Assembly: GCA_002633005.1 (NCBI GenBank)
Contig: NMRA01000429.1
Coordinates: forward strand, 124,001-188,000
Length of the DNA stretch: 64,000 nucleotides
Direction of reading: 5' to 3'
DNA from: Phoronis australis
Taxonomy: Eukaryota; Animalia; Phoronida
Shown in pieces: positions 53,156-64,000 of this stretch. The notes under the pieces are model-generated. The model was not told the DNA's origin, did not search any database, and saw only the letters and a program-made list of their open reading frames with translations. Numbering within the stretch: the first letter of the stretch is position 1; each line of letters opens with the position of its first letter. The position numbers and the translations under genes were made by a program.

Positions 53156-54720
53156 TCGAAGGAGCCTTGAAAATATAACAGAGGTAAGCAAGGATAGCGG
53201 GGTCTGAGTACCACTGAGGTCTCTCGCGCTTGGGCCGGTGTCTCCTCCGGATCTGCGCTCGGTAAAACGCCGCGGCCCGTCTTGTCGACCTGTGCGCTCT
53301 TGTGCGCTGTGTAGTTCTACATGTCCACTGCAGACCCGGCGATGAGCCAGTATCGGCGAAATCTGCGAAATTTTCCAAGTCCGCGGATTTGTGTCGTTTA
53401 TTGGCCATTTGTGTAGCTTTCAGAAACATTGAATTGAAAAGTTCCAGAAATGTGTTCCTTTCTCAAAGGTGCTTTGAAAATGTAACAAAGGTAAGCAAAT
53501 GTAGCGGGAGTGTGTGCCACTGAGGTCTCGTGCACTTGGCCGGGGTCGCCACCGACTCTGCGCTCGACGAAACGCCTGCTAGTGCCGCCTTTGCGCTGGC
53601 AGGACCGAAGCGCTGCAGTCCCCCTGCAGATCTGTCGCTACGTATGTGCGAAAATTTCGAAGTCCACAGAAATGTATCGTTTATTGGCTAGTTGTGTCGC
53701 TTTCTCAAGGAGCTTTGAAAATATAACAAGCGTAACGTAGCGGGGTGGATTGCCAGGTTTCCATTTTGGCCGGAGGCTGCCGGCTCTGCGTACGGCGAAA
53801 CGCCATCGTGGTCTACAGTGGTCAAGTCGGGCTCTGCGCTGGCGCGCGGGGCGAGGCGCTGTACGGTACCCCCATGGCCCCTGCATATCCTCCGTAATAG
53901 CGACAGTCGCGGACTGCATGGTCACGCATTCATTACCCCCAGGTTGGTGGAGGGCCCATTCGAAGGTTTGCAAACCCGGTTGTTCCGCCATCCGAAATCG
54001 AGAACCGAGTGGTGCAGGTTCAGAACGTTTCGGCAAGTTTCCCTCGCGAAACAAATTCTGTCTTTTATCGACACATTTTAAAAGGCTACTTTTCACTTTA
54101 CCCTATATCGTACCATATATCGTCAACGCAGCCAAGGGCGAAGACGGAGGCGGGCAGCTAGGTCAAGTCAACGGTTGTCGATAAAGTCCGCAGCGCCATC
54201 AAGGGCAGACGGTGGAGACGGGCTGGGTCATAAAAAGCTGACAATGAAGTTGGCTGTGCGGCGAAGGACCGACGACCCCTCAGAGTACGTCAGGCGGGCC
54301 GTGCCAAGCTGCCGGTGAAGTCAGGTGCTGGGCAGAGGTCCGTAGACCCCTCAGAGTACGTCAGGCGCCGGTGCCGGGCCAAGGTGGCAGCAATGCCGAC
54401 TGCGCGGCCAGGGCCAACGACGACTCACCGCGATGGGTAAAGGCGGGACGGGCTAAGCTGCCAACAAAGGCGGCTGCGTGGCCAAGGGCAGACGACGACT
54501 CACGGTGGGTGAGGGGGGCCGGCCAACTGTAGGCGGATGAATTTCAGGGCTAACGGCCACTCATGGTGAGTGAAGCGCGCCTCGGCCAAGCAGCGACGGC
54601 GGGCGGCTGATTTCGGCCGGGCTGTCGGTTGGGCGGCCGTGCGGCTGGGGAGCAACGGCAAGTTTTCCTTCGCTATCCGAAAACTCAAAATCAACCATCT
54701 AGCCAACACAGGCTCCGAAC
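53156..54720. repeat. GC-rich complex tandem repeat region, continuous with 49780-50164 once the inserted transposon is removed
   Basis: ~250-300-bp units (gtcgtttattggc...ttgaaaat.taaca...cactgaggtctc), then shorter units such as gacccctcagagtacgtcaggcg and gacgactcac, each occurring twice. Confidence 0.75.
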
Positions 54721-56726
54721 TTGAACATGTAGGGACTTAGAATAATAACGTGTTTGGCTTTGACTTTTAGATTCAAGATCAAAATAATAGACCCATTAGG
54801 CCTCGTATTGTGACTCAACTCTGTTGAAAAAGTTTACTGGGTCAGACTGAAAACGAGTTAAGAGTGTGGACACTCATCGTGCACTCAGTTTGCTGATGTC
54901 GGTCAAAAGAGCACACATTGATTCAACGAATTTCTCTTGATGTCAAAGCATTTTTCTTTAGTTTCAAATTTCAAGTTTCAAAAAACCCTTTCAACTGCTC
55001 GTCACTTCGTCGATTTTTACCACATTGCAAAGCACGCCTCCTTATTTGGTATGTCAAGACGTAGACCTAGCACGTTTTCCTTATACGGAAAATGTGATCT
55101 TTGGTCTTTGAAGTAAATGAAAAAGGAGATTTCAAGCAGCAGCCAGTCTCCTGTCTTCTATCTGTCCCGTTTTGTGACCTCTGGGTTATGTGTGTCCCGG
55201 GTTCTGTATGTCCAGTTTTCTGCGCATCGGACGGAGCTCTATAAGTCCCGGATTTTGTGTGTGCCGGTGTGGTAGTTACCCGGATGCGTCATTCAAATCC
55301 ACGCATGCCAGACAATTTCTCCAGGGGGACAATGGCTCCTTTCACACCGTGTTCAATTTGTCTCTGGTCAGCACTTATCCAGCCAAGAAAATCAACATAA
55401 GATCGCCCTTGCGACCCAGCCAAAATTTCACAAACTAAAGGCGCATTTTCAAACAAATGGGGCTTTGCTTGATCTGACAACGACGATGAGGAGGGTGCAT
55501 AAAAATAACACGTTACTTTAGCACTTGGCAATTTTTTGTCCTATATTAGGATCGAAAAAGCACCACAAAATTGTCACGTGGGCCTAAAGTGGCAATTGTA
55601 GGTTAGCTTAGCGCCTGGACTATAACGCAACAGACCGGGACACATAGAACACAGGACCCGTAGAACGCGTTACATATAGGACCCGGAGCACATAGAACCA
55701 GAGACACATAGAACCCGAAATCCACAGGGCCTGGGTCTGATCTTTGAACTCGAAATAGAATAGGGCCGTATTGGAGTACACAGCGACACTCGAATCTCGC
55801 TGTGTTTACCCACAATGCTGAAAACATCCGTCAGACACGTTTGCTGCCTCATTTTCCGTTCTAATATAGTGCAAGAGTTTTTATAATTCTATGCTCGTCT
55901 GTGTGTTGGTTTACGCGGATGACTGTCTAATCCTAGTCTACACTTGCTGAACCAAACATTAAAGCATTAAGTTCAAGCCTGAATTCGAAATTTTGAGCTG
56001 TTACTCGAAATCTCGAATTTTTACACTAATCTGTATCTCAAAACTAGAAACTCATCCGCTTAAACCATAATGTACTCGAGCATAGAGTTACGTACACTCA
56101 TCTTGAGTTTGCATTGAAGTAGAACGGGAATTTTCGAGTTTCGATGTTGAATACATTTATTCAAACCGTGGCCCGGAGCAGATTATTTGAAAAGCGGGTA
56201 CGTTTTCCATACACCGCCAAAAAACGTTCTGAGAACGCTGACGTCACGATCATATTAACGTATTTGAATGTACCGGCGAAAACGCAACCTGTTGAAAACG
56301 CTGGCGTTAGTATTAGCATATTTTTGTGGACAGAAATGTTTGAAAACGCAAAGGAAAAATGAGTTTGGACGGAGAAAGATACGAAAAGGACGCGAGTGGG
56401 CGGAAACGTTTTTAAAAATAGTACAAAAGTGACACACGTGGCTGGATAATTTCTTAACATATGCATGGGGAAAGTTGATGTTTTAAATGAAAACGAGAGA
56501 AAGGACATTAGAGCAGTTATTTTTTAACCTCAATTTCAACCCGAACTTTCAAATCGAAACCTTACTCACTTTGGACCTACATGTAACAATTGTTCAGTAT
56601 CTCTGTTATGGATTAGTTCTTATCATAAGTTGCTAATGCATCTCCAGTGTTTATCTTGCAGTCGACGTAAATGTTATCTGTAGAGACACGTCGTGTTACC
56701 TGAAAGACCAAAGGAATATCTGAGCA

Positions 56727-57000
56727 ATGGATGAGCTGCAGAGTCCGCTGTTTATAGCAATTCTGCTGGCGTTTTTGTGCACGCCAGCCGACGCGTTTCT
56801 ACCCAACCATCTTAACGGTTTCCTGGGCGGAAAGAAAAACGATGACTACACGCACGAGGACATAACAGAAATTGGTATTCTGCAAGTTGTGGCGAAAATG
56901 ATGGAAGAAGACACGACAGATGGGAAGAACTTCACCGCTGGAAGTCTGACGTCACTAAATCCACTCACACCGCAGAAGTTATTTGACAAGTATTACGGGG
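56727..57000 (+). CDS. VWA7: VWA7-like exon 1 (signal peptide)
   Basis: MDELQSPLFIAILLAFLCTPADA|FLPN...; donor G|gtatgt. An upstream acceptor at ~56661 suggests a non-coding first exon. Confidence 0.9.
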
Positions 57001-60000
57001 GTATGTACAGTAATAACTGCTTGTTGTTCTTAAACGCTTTAATTTTCAATTCTGACAACCAAAAATCACCCCACAAAATTCCTGTAATTTTTGGTAAAAT
57101 ACAAAAAGAGCAAGCCAAGACTTCGATAACACGTTTCATTGTGGTTCAGCATTGTTTGTAAGAAAGATTATTATTGCACAAACCCGTTTACACTTTTGTT
57201 ATTTTTAATTCCCAATAATATGATTCTATGTTGTTCACAACAGAAAGTTATGGAAAGGCTCATCATATCCAAGTTAATGTCTTATTTGAGATCTTTATTA
57301 AAATTATACGATAACTTCAGTTTAAACTTCAGGGTAATGGTCCTAAACATATGATTAGTCCATATTTTTTCTAACGTTCTTTAATTCGTTATTTTTAGCC
57401 TAGATATGTTGTTTTAAATGTTCAAGCAAATCCTTTCACGCAGTTGGCGTCCAAGCAACAAAGCTTAAGTCAGCCATTGACGAAGTAGTTACAGCTAATA
57501 ACAGAGTAGACCTGGAGCAAGCGGACTCAGCTAAGTACCATTTTAATGGCGAACAGATAAAGGAAGGTACGGACTGCTGTTATCTTGTGTCATTTATCAA
57601 GCTGTCGTTCAGGTAGCTGTGCACAATGTGCTCCGCTTTTCCTGCTCGTGCGTTGTTCAGGTCAAAATTGACACAAGGGCACCGAGTGCTACAGTTTCGG
57701 AATTGCGACAATTTGGGTCAGCATTCGTGGCATAAATTGTCGCAATTTGCCCAAATTGTCACAGCATTTTCGCTTCTCGCGAGTGTCATGCGTTACGGAA
57801 CACAGCCAAGACTAACACGTCTGTATATACACGTATTTTAGCTACCTAAATTTGTAGCATGCCTGCGTGTGGATTTAGCGTATATTTGAAAACGTCTCGC
57901 CGAGCCACAAACGTTTGGATACTGGCTACTGTAGCTTAGAAAAGTGGCGCAATTTTCATGACTTTAGCATCAACAGTCATCATGGTATTTTTCGAACTGG
58001 CATGTAAAGCGGCTATGAACCCGCGTTCCGTCGATTTAGAAAACTCATTGGTTTCATATTGTTCCTTACTCAGATGAGAAATGATTTGATATTCGACAAA
58101 GAAATGACAGTACGTTATTGCACGATAATATGCTCAGGAAAAAATGACACGCTAGGAAAAGCCTGGTCTCAAGCAATAACGAACCGTCACTTTTTCCTGG
58201 TCCACAAATCACACCAATTTTGACTGAGGGGAAATTTCAGACCAATTTCATAACGGTAAATGGTCTAAATCAAAAGTTGGTTTTGTGTATTTCTAGCAGT
58301 TTTAATGGAAAGTGGGTTTGAGTGGCTTTAGCAGAGCCATCAATGGCTTGGCCAGGGGAGAGGGGAGCTGATGCTGTTTGAAAAACCATCCAAGCCAAGC
58401 AAGTCCGATGGTGACTCAAGAGAAAAACTCCTTGGGAAAAAGTTTCGTTCGTTACAAAACGTCGGAGCTTACCGGCATTACTTGGCATTCGTTTGTGCTT
58501 TTCGGATGCTTAGGCAGCTTTCGAACTGCCATGTGTCTCCTGTTGGTCTTTAGTCCACACTTAACTAGTCTGCTGGATAAGTATGACTATTGCATGTCAT
58601 CAACTGCATTGTTCAATAATTGTCACGTGACGTGTGATGATGCGGCGTCGTTGTTACTACCCAGCGCGTAACTATGATGTGAACGGGCTCCTGATTGTTT
58701 ATTGTAACTGAGTCCCATTTTCGTTCTCTCCTCAAAGATAATATAATTTTCCTTTTATCAGGTAATTTGGTTCTCCAAACTTTACGTGACAACTTGATCG
58801 CACTATTAAAATCACCTTCTCCCGACTACAGCGCCGCCAGAGAGATGGTGGGGAAGTATCTGCATACGTTGCAGATGTTCTATAGCAACACGAACTGGGT
58901 CGAAATGAAGGGAGAGGCTGCTTACGAAGACCTGGGTAAGACTCAAGGAAAAGTGGTAGTACATGTTGCTATACGTGAAGCTGGTTGTGTACTAGACATA
59001 TGGGCTTGTATTCCAAACATGAGAAAAACACTGACATTTGAGTTATCAATTACAGTAGATGATGACATAATTTCAATTTAAATTTACTGGTTATTAAAAT
59101 GTTCAAGACATGCACCTGCATAAGACTCACCTAACTAGATGGACTCAACGCGAATAAACAAGGCCTAGAGTTATCGATTCTAATTATGTCCAATTTCCCT
59201 TAGAGTTTACACATGGCTCTTTCATAGTTATGTATTCGTATTCAAAATAAGCCCCAAAAGCATAGTTGTTCTTCGTCTGTACCATGACTCATTTTGAGAC
59301 ATGTGTTAACCGATTTAAAAGCAACGTCCACCCACATCGAATTCAGCCAAATTCTGGGCCCCGAGTCTAATATTTTTACCAGAAATCTACCTGGAAATTA
59401 TTTTTGACATTTCCGTTCTACTTTTGTTATAACACAGAAGATACGTGTCTATCGTTTTATGTTCAAGTACATTATGACTTATATGAATAACTGCCTCATC
59501 CTATTTTGCACTTGATGACCCCAGCAATAAGGCTAAAAGTTCGAGTCTGAAATTCTAATTTCTGATTTTTGCTTTACTTTGTTTCTCAAATATAGGGGTC
59601 ACCAAGTACGAACTTGGGTCTAAAAAGTCATGGATAAACCATAATGTATTCGATCGCATACATAATAGACACGTATCTTGAGCTCGCAAAAAGAATAATA
59701 GAAAATGCAGACGATAATTTCATGTTTGTTTTCGAGCAAAAGGATTAGACTTTGGGCCCAAGTGTTTTTCTTTGAAAGCTGCAGAGAGGTCCGTAAGCAA
59801 GGGTGAGTAAGACTTGAAATGGCGTGGCTTGCCAAGCCATGAGTAAACAATAACCAAATCCCGCATCATTTTTGGTCGTCTTAGGTGAATTTTCTTTTTT
59901 GAACAAGTGAGCAACTAAGCAAAGTAATATCACACCACCGATTTGACATTTAAATAATATACGCTAGAACCATAGAACCCTTATCCTGGGACCCGTTCCA

Positions 60001-63000
60001 AGAAAACTGACTCAGCTAAGACAAATCTTAAATTTCAGCCAATTTTAAGATGAAACTTAAATTTACCTGAGGTCCATATCAAGAAAGAGATCTTAAGTTT
60101 GACCTGAGTTTTGACTTGAGTTTGTCTTAATTTTGACTAACTTAGACTTAAGTGAAACACGAACTTAAGTCAGTTTCTAGGAACGGGCCCCTGGACTAGA
60201 GTTCTTTGACCAGAACGAACTGTGCTTTTTGGCCTAAATGTAAAAAGATTTGTGAACCTGACATGTAGTTCCTGAGAGGTAATTGATCTGACTTATTTCA
60301 GGAATAACTGGACGTCCTTTGATGGCCGTTGCCCCACTTAATCTTCCAACATGTCAGAACTGCGAGACTTCGCCACTGTAAGTTAGCGGTCCATCGACCT
60401 TATTAAGGATTGAATGAAACGTCATACACACGAAGGACTGTAGGATAGCGGCCATCCAAAGTGGCACCGCTAGTAGGCCTTGACACATACAATTAATATC
60501 TCCTTCAGACAAAAATATTGTTAATCTAAAATAGGTCCTCATTGTGTCGCAAGATGAATCCTATGGCTCGAGGTTATTGGTTCATCTTCACATCAGGCAA
60601 GCAACTGGCACAAAACTATCGTCACGCTCGCCGAACTGACAGACTTTGTAAGGAACTTTCATGCCCAGATTTTTCAAAGTTAATAATTGTTATGGGAACT
60701 TGAACACACTGTAAGACCCTAGGGAGATGTTCAAATTTGGCTAACTTGGGAACTCACGTGTCATAAATGGCTGGTTGGATTCACATACTATGCTTTATTT
60801 TTCTGTTCGCCAAAACATTTTGTGAGAAATTGTTGTTAAAATGCTCCATTTTTGGACGAGGGGCTGTCAAAACGGTGTTGCGTAAACCAAAAACGAAATG
60901 ACAATTTGGAAAACTGTTACAGTGTATATGAGCTTTCATCTTGAAAATTCGTGTCAAATGACCATCTCATCGATATTGTTGTTTTGAAAATGAATGTACT
61001 GGTCTCTTTGCTTCTTTTTACTAAAACATGGTCACGTGACTCAAATAATGACAGATTGGTAAAGTTTAAAATTAAAGTCCACAGGCTTTCTACATTGAGA
61101 ATATATGTAATTTTACAGGGTTGACTTCTATAATTTTGTATACATTTGGCTAAATGTAAGCTTGTGAATATACAACCATAACAATTGGGTCTCTTTCGGC
61201 AAGAAATGTGCCAAAAACTTAGTTTAACTGATTATATTTTCTATCCTAAATGACAAACAGATCAGTTTTTATGTGCTTACTCACATAACATCGTAAATCA
61301 TTTCGACTGATGAATCAATGGTAAATCAAAATAGTTCAACACCGTTTGCGATATTTAAGGGGTGTGCGAGACCCTTGCGACGGTAACATCATCGTCAGGG
61401 ATATTCTGACCAGTGGTTACAAGCCAGGACAAGACGTCACGAAACCACTGAGTAAGTAGCCTAAATCAACTTATTTGCAACTCCAATGTTTTTATTAAAA
61501 TTACCAGAGAAGCCGCCACTTTTCGGTCATTGAACAGACGACGTAAAAACGTGCATCTCACCAGGCGCCGCTAGTAAGTACATGCGCGCACCCAGTGGAG
61601 GGGGAGAGGCTCGGGGAAGGTGCTCGTTCATTTGGCGGAGTGGGCAAAAAGGTCCATCTCAGAGAAACAAAACCTACGAAAAAAGTACAAAACGAGACAA
61701 AAGACCACTAAAAAGGCAGGAGCTACCAAAATTCGGTGAATGCACAATTCAGAGCTCTGAAGGTATCCCGTAAATCTTAGTACTAAAGGCCACACTTAAA
61801 ACATTCAAGCCCCCCATTTTAGGCTGGGTGCGCGAATGAAATAGCAACGTCTCCGCCATTAGTGTTGGTCGTGGCTTGGGGGCAAGATCGCATATTTTGT
61901 GCATTGAAAATATGCACAGTTGGAGGCCCAGACAGAAAAACTACAACAGACCGTGGACCTATTTCAATAAAATGCTGTAACTTTATTTCGTAATTCTCCG
62001 TTTAAACTAAGTGTAAAAGTGTCATAAAGTTAGGCCAGTTTAGTGAAAAAGAACCCATATCAGATTTATGTAACGTGTGGCATGTAATACAGAATTTTAA
62101 GAAAGTGTACGTCTACTTGCATTTGGAGGTACTCATGTTACAAGTTAGAGGGTCATGCAGCAGAGTCAGCCGAAGAACATGTGGGGACCTCTATCGCAAA
62201 AAAGAGGGAAATCCTTCTCACGAGTAGTCGTATACGTAATTCTTCCCAAAACTTCTTATTACAAGCTACGTACTTATGGTGTTTGGCGTGCTCAATACTA
62301 CAAAATCCAAGAACCAGCTCATCTTTTGTAACCTGAAGGATATCCAAAAATGAAGGCTGTTTGCAAAAAGAACATTTTGATTTTGTAACTAAAAGACTTA
62401 CAAGCATTTCTCTGCGCTTTGCCAAAGCCTTGTTTCTATTAGATCTACACTCGGAAGTTTATACTATCAGGAATGCACGTATCGAGTAAATTAAATGTTT
62501 TTGGTTACTATACTTTACTTCACTATCACCCTTGTTTCTGTTTTGTTAGTCATTGACACAGAGGGCAAATGCAGCCACGGAGGTGCTCCGGACACAACTC
62601 GTTTTTTTGCTGCAACTGGTGGCATCAATAAAGACACAAGTGATGTTAATCTGTCGCCTCATCATGACTTGCACGTGACCGCCGCCAAGGCTGCAATAAA
62701 AGCCACCGTTTTGTTTTTCGACAACAAAGTTAAAGGTATGTAGTTTATCTTCTCGGGAACAGATAGGCATGGAATTAAGTTCTGTTGGAGGTAAAAATGT
62801 TCTAAAGATGCGGTGGAAATTGAGTGCAAAGTTACAGAAATGTTCTCCTGAACATTAACGTTGCCCATGAAAACAAAAAGTATACCATTGAAAGATTTAA
62901 CGAATGTTTTCGAATCAACAGACCACGGAAATATCGTTGAATGGTAATGACTGTTGAAAGATTGTGTTGTCGAAACTATTGCAAAGACTAGTTTATGCTT

Positions 63001-63360
63001 TTTAAACAGTTCAAGGTTACCAGAGTGTTACCCTGCATATTCATCTTGTCACTGGGTGAGTTTTAGGCTTTACAAAAATTTTTGAATTCAAAAATTACGG
63101 AATGACATTTCAAAGCACGTAATGTTACCTGCTTCATTTTCATATAGGAACTGGACTAAGGCAAATTATTGGAGACGGCAAAGTGAAGGAGTTGCTGAAC
63201 ATGGGAAGTGGGAGATCGCTTGTGTTAGTGATTGACATCTCGGGTTCAATGAGTAACGATATCGCGGCTGTTAAGGTGGAAGTGAACAAACTCATCCGAA
63301 AAACTGCTGGAACACCAAACGCCCCATACAACTATGTGTTATCAACGTTTAGCGATCCGC
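56727..63360 (+). CDS. VWA7: VWA7-like secreted protein (signal peptide, HET-C-like N-terminal region, start of VWA domain); continues beyond the window
   Basis: Seven in-phase exons. Motifs AFLPN...THEDIT, HFNGE, LHTLQMFYSNTNWVE, LTSGY, GKCSHGG, GGINKD, SPHHDLH..AA.AA and LVLVIDISGSM follow the VWA7 layout. Confidence 0.9.
57444..57566 (+). CDS. VWA7: VWA7-like exon 2
   Basis: Phase 1-1. AIDEVVTANNRVD...AKYHFNGEQIKE. Confidence 0.9.
58762..58935 (+). CDS. VWA7: VWA7-like exon 3
   Basis: Phase 1-1. AREMVGKYLHTLQMFYSNTNWVEM. Confidence 0.92.
59986..60194. mobile_element. Palindromic MITE in VWA7 intron 3 (related copy at ~21327-21515)
   Basis: cctgggacccgttccaagaaaactga...tcagtttctaggaacgggcccctgg. 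Confidence 0.7.
60302..60377 (+). CDS. VWA7: VWA7-like exon 4
   Basis: Phase 1-2. ITGRPLMAVAPLNLPTCQNCETSP. Confidence 0.85.
61360..61451 (+). CDS. VWA7: VWA7-like exon 5
   Basis: Phase 2-1. GVRDPCDGNIIVRDILTSGYKPGQDVTKPL. Confidence 0.88.
61581..61838. mobile_element. MITE CATGCGCGCACCCAG...CTGGGTGCGCGAATG (related copy at 37625-37769)
   Basis: Inverted termini; dispersed copies in the window. Confidence 0.7.
62550..62735 (+). CDS. VWA7: VWA7-like exon 6
   Basis: Phase 1-1. GKCSHGGAPD...GGINKDTSDVNLSPHHDLHVTAAKAAIKAT. Confidence 0.92.
63148..63360 (+). CDS. VWA7: VWA7-like exon 7 (start of VWA domain, MIDAS)
   Basis: Phase 1-1. SLVLVIDISGSMSNDIAAVK...NYVLSTFSDP. Confidence 0.93.
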
Positions 63361-64000
63361 GTGAGTACATTTGGCAGGACCATATTACCCATAACTTGTC
63401 TCAGTATTGTAATTTATATGTATATCATTTGATATGAAGTGTAGATATGTATAACTTGTTCGTCGGAACATTCTTCTACATAGTACCATTAAGCCAACAT
63501 ATAGCTACAGCTTAGTGACAAAACAGTGGCCCCGCCTCGTAGCCACAGGGACCCCACGTCGCGAAACCAAGGCAAAGAATTGTGGAAAAGGAAGGTGAGT
63601 CGAAGTTTCGACCGTGTAGAACTGAAAATGGTTGTGCAACCGATGGGGGGCTACTGGGAGGCGAATAGCTCGAATTGTGACGACCCGGGAGAGTTGAGGA
63701 TTGTTGCGACCGTGGTTAGATGAGCGTGCAGCTCAAACGTCTGATAGGTTCGTGTCACGAAAAACCCCAGCACAGCACTTAAGTTATGGGTTACATTCTG
63801 TTTCAAGAAAAGTCACCTAGTACTTAAGTAAAAAATTTGGTATTACGCTCCACGCGACTATTTCAGAAAAATAACTAAATCTCACTTTAACACAAGTACA
63901 AAGTCTTTTAGAATATACACATAGCTGCTAGTTACTGAGATAATTTCTATAAATTATCTCTAGACTTTGATCCACTCATAATTCCTTGGGTAAACCTTTT

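Noticed and set aside
53031-54709. Overlapping 70-150 aa ORFs
   Set aside because: These are by-products of GC-rich repeat DNA, Arg/Ala/Pro-rich, with no domain motifs.
63526-63790. GC-richer patch as a VWA7 exon or structured RNA
   Set aside because: No phase-1 acceptor giving VWA-like sequence was found, and no ribozyme or tRNA consensus. Probably a repeat fragment.

Overview
Eukaryotic, AT-rich invertebrate-animal genomic DNA with GT-AG introns. The ORF track is mostly uninformative, so genes were rebuilt by hand from splice sites and phase continuity. (1) Minus strand, ~151-25624: a multi-exon receptor-type protein tyrosine phosphatase. Its ectodomain is closely Tie1/Tie2-like (Ig, Ig, three Tie-type EGF repeats), with a kringle domain inserted between the two Ig domains. 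Five FN3 repeats, a TM helix, a catalytically intact PTP D1 and the start of D2 follow, and the gene runs off the left edge. The first (signal peptide) exon was not identified. One FN3 exon appears split by a transposon insertion next to an assembly N. (2) Plus strand, from 56727 and running off the right edge: a VWA7-like secreted protein with 7 exons visible. (3) The ~31 kb between the genes is transposon-rich. It holds two Academ-like copies, a decayed Kolobok-like element with a THAP domain, and a 3-kb CAC...GTG element with a 5-bp TSD (Transib-like) inserted into a GC-rich tandem repeat. MITEs and local tandem duplications cluster around an assembly gap. All family assignments come from motif recognition without database searches.
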